Shown here piece by piece: positions 48,501 to 64,000 of a stretch of DNA of 64,000 nucleotides. Location: assembly GCA_965112735.1 (NCBI GenBank), contig OZ218961.1:744001-808000 (forward strand), given 5' to 3'. Position numbers and translations under genes: made by a program. The stretch's first letter is position 1, and each line of letters begins with the position of its first letter. The DNA is from Phaeosaccion multiseriatum. Its lineage: Eukaryota; Protista; Ochrophyta, other classes. Below the pieces are notes generated by a model. The model saw only the letters and a list, made by a program, of their open reading frames with translations, was not told where the DNA came from and made no database searches.

Positions 48501-51500
48501 GCACAAGCGCAAGGGCGAGGGGGAAGGGCTCAAACAAGAGGTGTCCAAAGTCCTTATTCACAAGTGAGTATATCAACCTTAGAATTACGTAATTGTGTGT
48601 CTCTTGTGTGTGTGTGCAGTTGCCAGTTGTGAGTGTGTGCAATTGCTATTTGAGAGTTGTGTTTGTGAGCGAATCACACCCAACGGAGTTATTCCGGTAT
48701 AGAGAGAGAAGAGGGAGGGAGAGAGAGAGGAAGAGAGAGAGGAGAGGGAAAGAGGGAGAAAGAGAGAGAGGAGTAGAGAGAGGAGAGGGAAAGAGGGAGG
48801 GAGAGAGAGAGGAAGAGAGAGAGGAGAGGGAAAGAGGGAGGGAGAGAGAGAGGAGGAGAGAGAGGAGAGGGAAAGAGGGAGGGAGAGAGAGAGGAAGAGA
48901 GAGAGGAGAGGGAAAGAGGGAGGGAGAGAGAGAAGAGGAAAGGGAAAGAGAAGGGGCGGAACGTTGGAAGATTTGACGGAATGATTTATTGCCTTAATTG
49001 GAATCACCTGAGAAGATACGTGTGTGAGGTGGCGTTGTAGATGGCACTGTACGGCAGGTTGAAAGGGTGAAATGGCAACGTTATGGGAGGAGGCACAAGG
49101 GGTGTGCTCTCACTCACTCACTCACTCACTCACTCACTCTCTCCCTCGTTTCTCTCACCATCCTTCACTCGCTCTTTCGTATTCCCCCGTTCTCTCTCTT
49201 TCTCTAACCTTGCCATGCTCCTCCCTCCCTCCCTCCCTCCCTCCCCCCCTCCCTCCCTCCCTCCCACCCTCCCTCCTTCCCTCCCCCCCTCCCTCTCTCT
49301 CTTGCCCTATCGTATGTCAACAAGGGACGTAACGGACGATGAGATGCCTGCGCTTATGGCCAAGATGAATGAGCGGTACTGGCAGGAGAAAGAGGAGCAC
49401 CAGGTGAGAGGGAGGGAGGGAGGAAGGGGATGGCAGTGGATGGAAGGGGAGAGCATGGGGGGAATGGCAGTGGATGGAGCGGAAAAGGATGGAGGGGGGG
49501 AGGGCGGACAACAATATCCCCGCCTCTTCCTGATTTCTGTTCACTGTCTGCTGGCACACAGGTGTATGTCAACAACTGCTGCGTGTATCGTGTTGTGAAT
49601 GCCACTGTGTATCACCAACTTCTCCATGTCTGTGCTCCGCAACATTGTGCTGCCAAGCGTAAACATTGTATTTTCTCTCCCCCTCCCTGCCCCTCTCTTT
49701 CTCTCTCTCTCCCTCCCTCCCTCTCTCTCTTTCTCTCCCTCCCTCCCTCCCTCCCTCCCTCCCTCCCTCCCTCCCTCCCTCCCTCCCTCCGTTCCATTTA
49801 TCCCTCTTGCATACCCCCGAACAACTCAATCACTCACTCATGTGAAACAAGAAACAACAACAGGCGGGGAGAGTGGTGACGAAGCGTCCAAGTGGAGCAG
49901 AGGACGTAGTGGGGGACTTGTCCTCCCCCTTGTCCTCCTCCTTCTCCCTGCACAACAACAGCAGCAGTCAGAGCCGGAAGGGGAAAAGCAAGGGGAAGGC
50001 GGCTGGGGGGGAATCGAACCCGAACACCAACGACGACGACGACGACGAGGACGAGGACGACGACGACGACGACGACAACTGCAACAGTTCAATGATGGCG
50101 CTGTTCTGTCAAATGAAGGCGGAGGCAAAGGAGCGTGCGTCCCTCGACGATACCCCAATGGCTCGCACCTGGGTCCTCCACAATTACCTCTTCTCGAAGC
50201 TTGTGTCTGGTGTGTCTGATAGCATCTTCTTGGAGGAGGGAGGAGGGGGCACGTCCTTCGATCCGTCCGTCATACTCTCAGGGATGAATCTAGACAAGTT
50301 TCTCAGGCTCTTTGGCTCACCCCCCAAAGGTATGTAGTGTGGGGATATAATTGACTTAGGGGAGTCAACGTAAGAATTACGTAATTGTGTGTGTGCGTGA
50401 GAGAGGGAGAGAGGGTATGCGTGTGTCTGTGTGTGCAAGTGTGCGCGCCCGTGTGTATGTGTGTGTGTGCAAGTGTGTGTGTGCCTTTGTGATTAGATGT
50501 CATGCGACTCTGGGCTGACTGCCCTCCCTCCCTCCCTCCCTCCCTCCCGCCTCAGAGCTGCTTGCTCGATACCAAATTGTTAACCTCACCAAGCTGCGAA
50601 AGGCCCGAGCTCCTCTCACCACCCTCCCTGCAGAGGTGCTTCAACTGTTTGGACCTGACAGAGCGTACTGGTTCATGGAGCCATTACACAGATCTCTCGC
50701 CATCCTCACTAGTCTCAGGCTTATCGCTCCTCAGTCTCCTCAGCGGCAGTCGGAGACAGAGCAGCAGCAGCAGCAGCAGGAGCAGCAGCAGCAAGGGGCG
50801 CAGCAAGGAGGAGGAGGAGGAGGAGGAGGAGGAGGAGGAGGAGCGGGAGGAGCAGGTGGAGCAGGAGAGGGAGGAGGAGGAGGAGGAGGAGGAGGAGGAG
50901 GAGGAGGAGGAGGAGGAGGAGGAGGAGCTACAGCAGCAGCAGGTGGCGCGACCCCATCCTCGGCCGGCGTGGCGCCCGCGCGGAACCTGTTTAGGCATTT
51001 GAAGCTCCCCCTCTTCACTTTCTTGTGGCGAGTACAAATGTATACGGCTGAGGCCGGTGCTCCCCGTCCTGCTTCACTGGTTCCGCTAGGAAACCCTCAA
51101 CATGCTCCACCACCGCCAACACCGCCGACGGTAGCAGATGCAGGAGCTCAAGGGGGGGGCACGGGGATGGCAGCAGAGGGAAGTATGGCTGGGGTGGCGG
51201 GGGAGGGCAGCGTAGCCGCGTCTGCAGCAGCTAGTGATACGGCAGTCGTCACGCAGGCCAATGGGCAGCAGACTTTGGCTTCCTTTCCGATGGGGCCAGG
51301 GGCAGCGGCCCCGGGCACACCGGGCCCTGCCGCTGTATCACCAACTGCTGCTGCTGCTGCTGCTGCTGCTTCTGCTTCTACTCACGGTAGTGGTATGTTT
51401 CCGCCCCTTTTGCCAGGGGCTGCAGAAGCAGCAGCAACAGCAGGGGCAGGAGGAGGAGGGGTGAGGGGAGGGGGAGGGCCAGTGGCGCCATCTTTACTGC

Positions 51501-53535
51501 AGCCAACGGAGCCGGTGGGACAAGCAGCCGTCCCAGCAGCAGCAGCAGCAGCAGCAGTTGGTGATACAGCGGCAGGAGAAGCAGAGAGAGGCTTGTCGCC
51601 ATCGTCTTCCACGTCTGCTGTGAGTCCTGTCCCCATACCCTCTGAAGGCCCTTCTTCTTCGGCGACAGGAGGAGGTACCGTCACAGGGGCGATGGAGAAC
51701 CAACTTGTGATGATGGAGCCTGAGCCGGGGCCTGATGCCGAGCAGGGGAAAGATGCGGCCATGTGGGCACTGAGGGGATCACAGCAGGTAAAGTGCGCAT
51801 CGGTGTCCCCACCTGGGCAGGAGAGGTTTCCGAGAGGAAATGGTTGTGACTGAGCATTTGTTGGTGTTTGAGTGAGTGCATGTATGTGTGTAAAGATGCG
51901 TGAGTGAGCGCATGTGTGTGTGTTTGTGTTGTGTGTATTTTCACTCGTTCCTCTCGTTCCTCTCGTCCCCTCTCTCCGTTTTATCTCTCTAGCTCTTCGT
52001 GTGTCCCACTCCCTCTCTCTCACACTCCCCTCCTCCGTGTCGCTCTCCCTCTCTCTTTCCCTCTCTCTCTCTCGTGTCTCTCTTCATCTCTCTCGTCTCT
52101 CGCTTTCTCCCTCTCTTACACTCCCATCCTCTCTCGTGTCTCCTCTTTTCCGTCTCTCTCTCTCTCTCTCTCTTGGCCTCTTTCTCTCTTCTCTCTTTGT
52201 TGCGTCCCTCCTCAACCTCCACTCTCTAACCCTCAACTCCAAAACAAATCAAAACCAAACCAAACCAAACCAAACCAAAACAATCCGAAACCAAAAGGTG
52301 TTTTCCTACTGGTTCCACCTTCGCAGTCTCAGTCTCGGCCTCGGTTCTTACCTTGCCGATGCCAAGAGGATACGGGAGGGGGCGGAAGTGATTGTGAAAG
52401 TGATCGGCGACAGCGACGACACCCTCTCGAAGGTTGCAGGGAAGCATCTCGCCTTGTGGCTCATACAGAGAGTGCCAGAGGTGAGAGGAGAGGGGGATGG
52501 CAGTGGATGGGGGTGTCATATACGGTACCACATGATGCACAAAGACACATCACACATACACAAAAACGCGCGCGCGTACACTGTTTCCATGCACACATAC
52601 ACACATCCACCTACCTACGCATACACACACGCACACACACGCACCTACCCCCCCAAGAACATGCTCACAAACGCAACCCCCCCCCCCCCCGTTCTCTTTT
52701 ATAGTTGCAATATCCGGAGCAGTGGATCAGCAAGGGCAAGAAAGTGGCTTCTGGAGGGGGGTCTGCCAAGAGAAAGGCCAGCAAGAAGGGATTTCCCGCG
52801 TCCACGAGCACCAGCAAGGGGGGGAGTAGCAGCAGCAACACGCACGCACCCGCAGACGCACAGGCCCGCAGAAACCCCCTGGCCTCTCTGCCCGACGACT
52901 ACGAAGACGCCGCTCTCCTTGATTCTGATGATGATTCGGACGACTTGGGCGACTCCGAAAAGGAGGGGGGCGGGCGCGGGGGAGGAGGAGGAGAGGGAGG
53001 TGGCGATAGCGGCAGCAAGAAGCGGAGGAGAGGCAGCGGGGGAGGCAGCGGCAGTGGTCCAAAGGTGAAGTTCACAACCGAGCAGGACAAGCTGTTGCGA
53101 GACTACCTTCGGGCCCAGCACCTGTACCAACGAGGCGGTGCGGTGCACAGTGCTATTCGAGCCGTGGAGGGCCACCCGTCTCCTCCTCCTCCTCCTCCTC
53201 CTCCTCCTCCTGCCTCTCCTGGTCCCAATCAGGTTGTGGCGTTGCCGTCGGTGGCAGAGGCGGCAGCTGCTGCGGCGGCGGCGGTGGCAGCAGGAGCGAC
53301 GGTGGCTCCAGGCACAATGGCGGCGTTCAGGCACGATGAGGAGTCAAGGGCCGCCGCTGCTGCTGCAGCAGCAGCAGGAAGAGGACCAGCGAGACCGGCA
53401 GATGTGATGATGGATACAAGCGGTGCCGGTGGGGGAGATGCCACCATCCAGGGGGGGCGCAGCAATGCGTATGGAGAAGACCCGCTTGCCCTTGAGCCTT
53501 CTCTCATGGTGTCTCCTCCCCTTGGATCTCCTCTC

Positions 53536-53584
<49 letters not shown>

Positions 53585-55139
53585 TGGTGATACAGCAGGA
53601 CATCCGCTCGGAACGGTTCAGAAAGCTGGCACAGTCCGTGGGCAGGACCAAGAGGGACTGCAAAGCAAGGCTGAGGGAGCTCAAGGTGATTGGTGTTGGC
53701 ATTGCTTGCAAGGGTCCCATTCTTTGTCTGCCTGAAGCTGGAACTGAAACTGAGGGGGTGCGGAAGTGAGTGCGTGCGTGTAGGGACGCTGTTCATGCGT
53801 TGGTCAGAGCTGCATGTGAAAAGCCGTCTCCTGAATTGCCTCTTTTCTCTTCCTCTCTCTCTTCCTCTCTCTCCTCTCTCGCTCTACGTCTTTGTCTTCA
53901 GTCTCTTTCTTTTCTCTTTCTTTCTCTCTGATCATCCGCGCTCTCCACATTCACTCCCCCTCACTCCCCCTCCCATGTACATATTTGATCTATCCTCCTC
54001 CCACCACGTCCTCCCACTCCTTCCTCCTCAGAAAACGATGGCAAGGGAGCAGAAGCGTGCCGCAGCAACCAAGGCCAAGAGAGCGGCCGAAAGAGCTGCC
54101 AAGGCGCGTCTGCGGGCAGGGGAGGCCGCCATCGCCTCAAGCAAAGTCAGTGCCACGGTTGGTGGCAGTGATGCTGCTGCCGCTAGCACCGCTGCGGCTA
54201 CTACTGCTGCTGCTGCTGCTGCCGCTGCTGCTACTGTTGCTGCTGCGGCGGCGGCTGCTACTGCTGCTGCTGCTGGCGGCGGTGGTGGTGGTGGTGGTGA
54301 TGCTTTTGCAAGTCACGGCGCTGTGGCAGGGGCCAGAGCTGGGGACGTACCATCCACTCCTGCTGCTGCTGATGCTGCTCCTGCTGCTGTGGGTGGCGGT
54401 GGCTCCAGCCGCGGCCAGGTCATTGACTTATCTGACCCGCTTATGCAGAAGGTCACCGCTCTGTTGGAAAGCACCAAGGCGTGGGCCGCCCCCCTCAGTC
54501 TCGAACTCGATGTCAACCCCACGCAGGGCCAGGGGGGGGTGGAGGAGGTACAACACCGGGCGGGGAGGAGAGGTGGGTGAGAGAGGGAGGTTTGGACGGG
54601 AAGGGGGAAGGGGAAGGGGAAGGAGAGTGATGGGGAGAGAGAGGGAGAGAGAGAGATACAGAGAGAGGGGGCGGGCGATAGAGATGGGGAGGGAGAGGGA
54701 GAGGGAGAGGGAGAGGGAGAGATATAATAGACAGATGAAAAGAACAGGGGCGGGCGAGAGAGAAAGCGGGTGGGCAAGAGAGAATGAGGTGTACTGGGAA
54801 CCTGACCCTGCCCCCCTGGCCAACCCTGACCCTGGTCCTCACCGTGAATACCACCCTTGACCCTGACCCTTAACCCTGACCCTGACCCTTGCCCTCGCTC
54901 TGTGACCCTACGTACCTCACCCCACCGCACCGCACCCCCCCGTTCAGTGGCCTTGCCGGACGATGTGGAGCTCAAGGTGGAAGACGGGGCCGCCATTACT
55001 GCCCTCAAGCAGGTCAGTGGGACACGCACGCAACCACACACACTTGGGTTTCAGTTTCAGTTTTCAGTGTCAGTTCCAGTTTCGACTTCGTCTGTCGCCG
55101 TCCGCTCACATTTTTCGACTCCTCTAAAGTCCCTTTAAA

Positions 55140-55175
<36 letters not shown>

Positions 55176-56625
55176 TATTCTCTCTTTACCCTTTCTTCTC
55201 TCTCCCTCTTCCTTCCTCCCCTCCCCTCCCCTCCCCTCCCCTCCCCTCCCACTCCCCTCCCCCACTCCAACCCACAACACCGCTCAGATCCTCTTTCTAT
55301 CGACCACGGAACGAGGTGAACCCGCCACAATCATCAAGAGCACGTCAAGGTTTAGTGCGGCGCAGCTCTTCAGAGCCTACTGTGTGCTGTGGGGGCTCGG
55401 ACTGCTCACCATCAACACAAAGGGGGATCATCACCTCTTCGGCATTAGGGAGCGGATTGCACTTGAGGCGATGATGATCAGAGGTGAGGGAGGAGGGAGG
55501 ACGGAGGGGAGGGAGGGAGGGAGGGAGGAAGGGAGGGAGGGAGGGAGGGAGGGAGGGGGAGCGGGGACGAGGGCGGGAGGGAGTGACTGAGTGAGTGAGT
55601 GAGGGTGGGGGGGAGGGAAAGAGGGAGAAGGAGGGCGAGGGAGGGAGGGAGGAAGAGAGGGAAAGAAGGAGAAGGGGAGTGGCTGAGTGAGTGAGTGAGG
55701 GTGGGGGGGAGGGAAAGAGGGAGAAGGAGGGCGAGGGAGGGAGGGAGGAAGAGAGGGAAAGAAGGACAAGGGGAGTGACTGAGTGAGTGAGTGAGGGTGG
55801 GAGGGAGGGAAGGAGGGAGAAGGAGGGCGAGGGAGGGAGGGAGGAAGAGAGGGAAAGAGGGAGAAGAGGGGCGAGGGAGGGTGTCCGAGAGTGCTATATC
55901 CCTTCATGTGAGACAGACTCCGCCATCCGCGTCGTGCTTGTACCTCCTTTCTGGTGCCCCCTCCGCCCCCCATTCCGTCTCTCCCCTCCTCTCTCCCTCC
56001 CTCCCCCCCTCCCTCCCTCACCTGTGAATTCTCTTGAACCCCCATTTCACGCCCTACGCACCCTTTCACCATACGCCCCCTCCTTCTTCAGGCGACCAAG
56101 GTGAAGGTATGATTGTTCCGCGGTTCGTTCTCCAGTCCAAGTGGAAGACCCTGGCCTCGGAGGGAGTCGCCCTGCAGCCCCGTATGTTCCCACTGGACCT
56201 CATGACTGAGGTGGAGGCCTTTCCTCCTGCCTCCTCTCTTCGGGCGAGCTCGGAGCCTGATGCGGTAGTGTGGCCGCCTGCCGTGTCCACACAACTCTCC
56301 TCTGTGTCCTCCTTACCGCTGGCGACGATTGTGAAGAAGAACGGATTCGTGGCTCAGGCCCTTGCTTCGGTGGCGGTGCAGGAAGCAGAGTTTGAGGTTA
56401 TGTTGACGGGCACAGGAGGCGCCCCGCCAGTCGCCAAGCGTAGGAAGGGGCCTACTGTATCACCAACTGGCGCTGCTACGGCTGCTCCTGCTGCTACTAC
56501 TGCTAGTGGTGATGCTGATGCTGGTGCTGGTGCTGCCGCGACCGCGGGTGGAGATGGTCTCGCTGCTGCGCCTGCTGTTGCTCCTGCCACGCCGGCAGCT
56601 GCTGTATCACCACCCACTGCTGCCG

Positions 56626-56656
<31 letters not shown>

Positions 56657-57917
56657 ACCTGGAAGTGCCAGCAGCCCTGCCTCTCCCCTTTCGCAGCAAG
56701 GAGGAGCAGAGACTCTATACCGCACGGGAGGGAGCGGTTTGCTGGCCGACGCTGCCATACGCATCAAGGTCGGCAAGCGAAAGAGAGTGCAGAGGGAGGG
56801 GAAGGCGGGAGTGCTGGAGGTGCATGGTTACGGACGGGTTGCTGGGGACACGGGGGAGATGCTGAATGCGTCGGACCAGCAGAAGTTGGTGCTACAGCAA
56901 CAGGCCAGAGCAAGAGCACGATCAAGAGGAGGAGGAGGAGGAGGAGGAGGAGGAGGAGGAGGAGGAGGAGGAGGAGGAGGAGGAGGAGGAGGAGCAGCAG
57001 TTGGTGCTACGGCAGCAATAGGAGGAGGCGGGGAAGACGAAGTGATAACACCGACGGCGGTCAGCTCAGCGACGATGGTGAAGGCGGTGGTCGAACTCCT
57101 CAAACTAAAGACCGCTCGCCCCAAGAAGAAAGTGAACGGAGCGAGGGAGGCGGAGATCTACAGCATCTGCTGCTACTCCACATCCTCTTCTGTGTCGTCG
57201 TCGTCATCTGTATACCTCAGGGGACTGACCAAGGCGGGGGTGGTGGGGCTCCCCTTCCCTCTCAGCGCCTTTGAAAAGTGCCTCGCGGATATGGTGAAAC
57301 AGCGGAGGATTTTGCGAGTGATGGCAGTGGATGGCGTCCGGTTGGTGGATGTGAGTCACGCGGAGCAGTGGGTGACGGTGCCCTTTACCATCACGGGTGG
57401 GGCCAGCAGAGGAGGCTGGCACATTCCAGGAAAGGAGCCTCCTGCCAAGGTGCTGACGTATGACACCGACGCTGGGATGGTGCTGGCGTCTGCGGTGTGG
57501 GTCAAGCTGAACGGAACGGTGGACAGAGCTCTCGTGCGGAACCTTCGGAGAAAGGTGCTTGATGCCGTCCTGCATCGCCCTGGGTGCACCGCCCGGACCC
57601 TTGTGACGGAGGATGTCAAGCTGCTTTGCCTCGGGGAGGCAGAAGTGATGTTGGAGCACATGGTGGAGAAGGGTTTGCTAGGAAGGCGCAGAGTCAGTCG
57701 GGCGGGAGGGAGAGGGCAAGGCCGACCGAGGCTCTTTGAGGAAGGAAGGGAGGGCGCGGAGGAAGGGGGAGGAGAGGAGACAGGGGGTGGGGTTGGGGAG
57801 GAGGAGGAGGAGGAGGAGGAGGCGACGGTGCCATGCTACTTTGCGGCACCCGATTGTATCCGCAAGTGTCTCGAGGTGGAGAAGAGAGAGGAGGGCGTGA
57901 CGGGACCGTTCCCGTGA
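42504..57917 (+). CDS. GTF3C1: General transcription factor IIIC subunit 1 (B-block-binding, Tfc3/tau138-like), ~20 exons, heavily expanded by low-complexity inserts
   Basis: N-terminal LLQEVALEG. B-block winged-helix pattern (YWTFAQVGRARNMGLVNKDL...YHVVNRLEGRGL...LLPRF). Also MLDPKTVARIIEKLQIDG and MARTWVLHNYLF. C-terminal WVKLNGTVDRALVRNLRRKVLDAVLHRPG. These match my recollection of GTF3C1/Tfc3 conserved blocks, in the right order. Confidence 0.78.
45321..45423. repeat. 33-bp tandem repeat x3 (ATCGAAACTCACAAATGGGATCAAATATCG..) in an AT-richer GTF3C1 intron
   Basis: Directly visible. Confidence 0.85.
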
Positions 57918-58700
57918 GGGGAGAGACAGGAGGGGGAAGGAGGGGGAAGGAGGGGAGAGGGGAGAGAGGGGAGGGGGGAGTAGGAGAACGGAGGGGGGGG
58001 GATGGCTGCTGCTCGGCTGCTGCCTGAGTGGTGGTGAGTGGGTAGTGCGTGGTCGGAAGTATTGGGGAGGGAGGAAGTATGTACATAATCACGTACGAAT
58101 AGGAATACGAATAGGAATATGAGAGAAGTTGGCTTGGGATGATCCTCAGGATTCACACCACGGATGGCACTATATGGGCGCCAAACTCAAACCCTCAAGC
58201 CCAGTTAGAAGGGTCATTCATCTCTTTCTCTCCCTCTCGATCTGTTTTTTTTCTTTTAGAAACACACATCACCTATCCCAAATGCTGCTCGCTCAGCGCG
58301 CTAACCATATACCTTTGCATGCTTCCGACCCTCTGGGGCATTTCCTCCCTTCACTCCCTAATTCTATGCTTGTTGGATTCTCCCCTCCTCTCTTGCCCGC
58401 CCTCTCCCACAGCCCTGAAGCGCTGCAACACTGTCTGACTGACTGACTGACTGACTGACCGACTGACTGACTGACTTTCTTAAGTTATTTATTGACTGAA
58501 GGCTGACTGACTGACTGACCGACTGACTGAATGACTGAGCAACTGACTGCAGTGGACGGTGCCTTTCTTCCTTAGTTATTAGGCATGCGGCTTGGGGACC
58601 TCAGAGGGCCAGGTTGGCTCAGCATCTTGAAAACCATTGGTTATTAAGGTCTAATGATCTGAACTTGGTCCTGTTCAAATCAGTTCAGTTCAGTCTCACG

Positions 58701-58731
<31 letters not shown>

Positions 58732-58935
58732 ACGCACACGCACACACACACGCACACGCACACACACACACACACACAAGTGTCTTCAAGTGAGAAAAGG
58801 TAAAGAAGTGTGTTCAGCTCAAGGTCGAGGTGACCGTTGCTCCTTTTTCAGAGAGAGAGAGAGCTTTCAAAGATTCAAACCAAAACCCCAAACAAAAGAG
58901 AGAGAAAGGTGTCGAGGGGAGTGGGAGAACCGGCA

Positions 58936-62880
<3,945 letters not shown>

Positions 62881-63789
62881 AGGGGGGCTGGGCCCTGTAG
62901 CAGCCGCAGCGGCAGGGAGGGCATCGATGGACGATCCCAAGCACGCCCACTTGGCAGCCCACCCAGGCATTTCATTGACTTAACTTAAATGCCCCACCGG
63001 GGGCAGGGGGGGAGGCAGCCAGTGGTTGTGTGTGTGACCAACTTTTGAGGAGGAGGAGAGGTGGGTAGGCGAAGGGCGAGGGGAGGCATGGGGAGTGCGA
63101 GAGGGGGGCGAGGAGTAGCTAGCTAGGGACGGGCGGTGGAAGAGGCGGGGGGGGGGCACCAGCAGGGTCAGGATGCAGGTCCGGTGTTACCGCCTGCGGG
63201 GAGGGGGGGGAGGGGAGGGGACGGGCTGCTGTAGCATAGGGGGGGGAGGGGAAAGAACACACTCAATTGAGATCCAACTGGCGGCACTAGAGACCCAACT
63301 AGCTGTGCCTTTGTTAGCTACTAGTGATATTGAAGAATCGTGTCGGATAGCCGAACCGCATTGGAGGATGGCAGTGGACAGGCGCGGGGAGGGAGGGAGG
63401 GAGGAGGAGGAGGAGGCGGACTGCAGAGTGCGAGGACGAGGGGCCCGAGAAAGTGTGTATGTATTGGTACGTATTGTACAATCTTGAAAGTCGTGTGCGT
63501 GACTTGCCGCCTTGAAGTTGTGAGGCAGTGACGCTTCTTTCTTCCTTTACAAATGAAAGTAATACAGTACTAGTACTAGTAGAAAGGTAAGAGATACTCG
63601 GAAGAGCGTTTCCTCCGCCAGTAGCAACCCCCGTGGCCCTCCTCCTTACCCCTGGACTGGAGAGACCAGGCCAGCCCCATCACCACGCTCAGCCACACTC
63701 CCCATCTTCGCCCCCCCCCAAGCAAAGTGTACAGCTACATCATCGGCCAAAACTACCACCGCCTCCTAGTGTTGCTGCTACTGCTACCA

Positions 63790-63900
63790 ATGCTGCTGCG
63801 GTATCACCAACTGCTACTGTTACTGCTGCGGATGCGGTATCACCCACTGCTACTGTTGGTGCTGCTGCTGCGGTATCACCAACTGCTACTGTTGCTGGTG
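63790..63900. repeat. 36-bp tandem repeat x3, each unit carrying the TATCACC(A/C)A cassette
   Basis: Cores at 63802, 63838 and 63874, exactly 36 nt apart. Confidence 0.85.
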
Positions 63901-64000
63901 CTGACCTTGGAGGCCTGACAACTGCCGCCTGTGCCCCTCCACAGCCACCGGTCCGCTCTACAATGTCAAGGGTGTGGGTGTCAGGACTCAAGCGTGTCAG

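Overview
Eukaryotic nuclear DNA, GC-rich and saturated with microsatellites ((TCTG)n, (GGGA)n, (CA)n, (CCT)n, (CAG)n). The genes are intron-rich, with GT-AG introns filled with simple repeats. The host is probably a stramenopile or ochrophyte alga; this is an inference from gene architecture and an oomycete-like Cys-rich repeat. Most ORFs in the supplied track are microsatellite artefacts. Genes reconstructed by hand from splice sites: 3' part of TFIIS (+), PIG-B GPI mannosyltransferase (-), a Glu-rich low-complexity ORF (-), a bacterial-type CLC channel without CBS domains (-), 3-methylcrotonyl-CoA carboxylase alpha (-) head-to-head with an intronless DDAH (+), a cupin-like/FN3/PA-domain protein (-), a secreted protein with three 8-Cys repeats (-), the TFIIIC B-block-binding subunit GTF3C1 (+), and a degenerate kinesin lacking both switch motifs (+). 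Mobile DNA: a scrambled Ty1/copia remnant with an intact 291-bp LTR, and a long-TIR MITE. The most striking unexplained signal is a 9-nt cassette, TATCACCAA (reverse TTGGTGATA). I counted about 21 exact copies and about 10 variants, mostly set in register inside CTG/CAG tracts, in exons and introns of unrelated genes on both strands. Other dispersed oligomers occur too, and many introns have mutually complementary microsatellites at their two ends.
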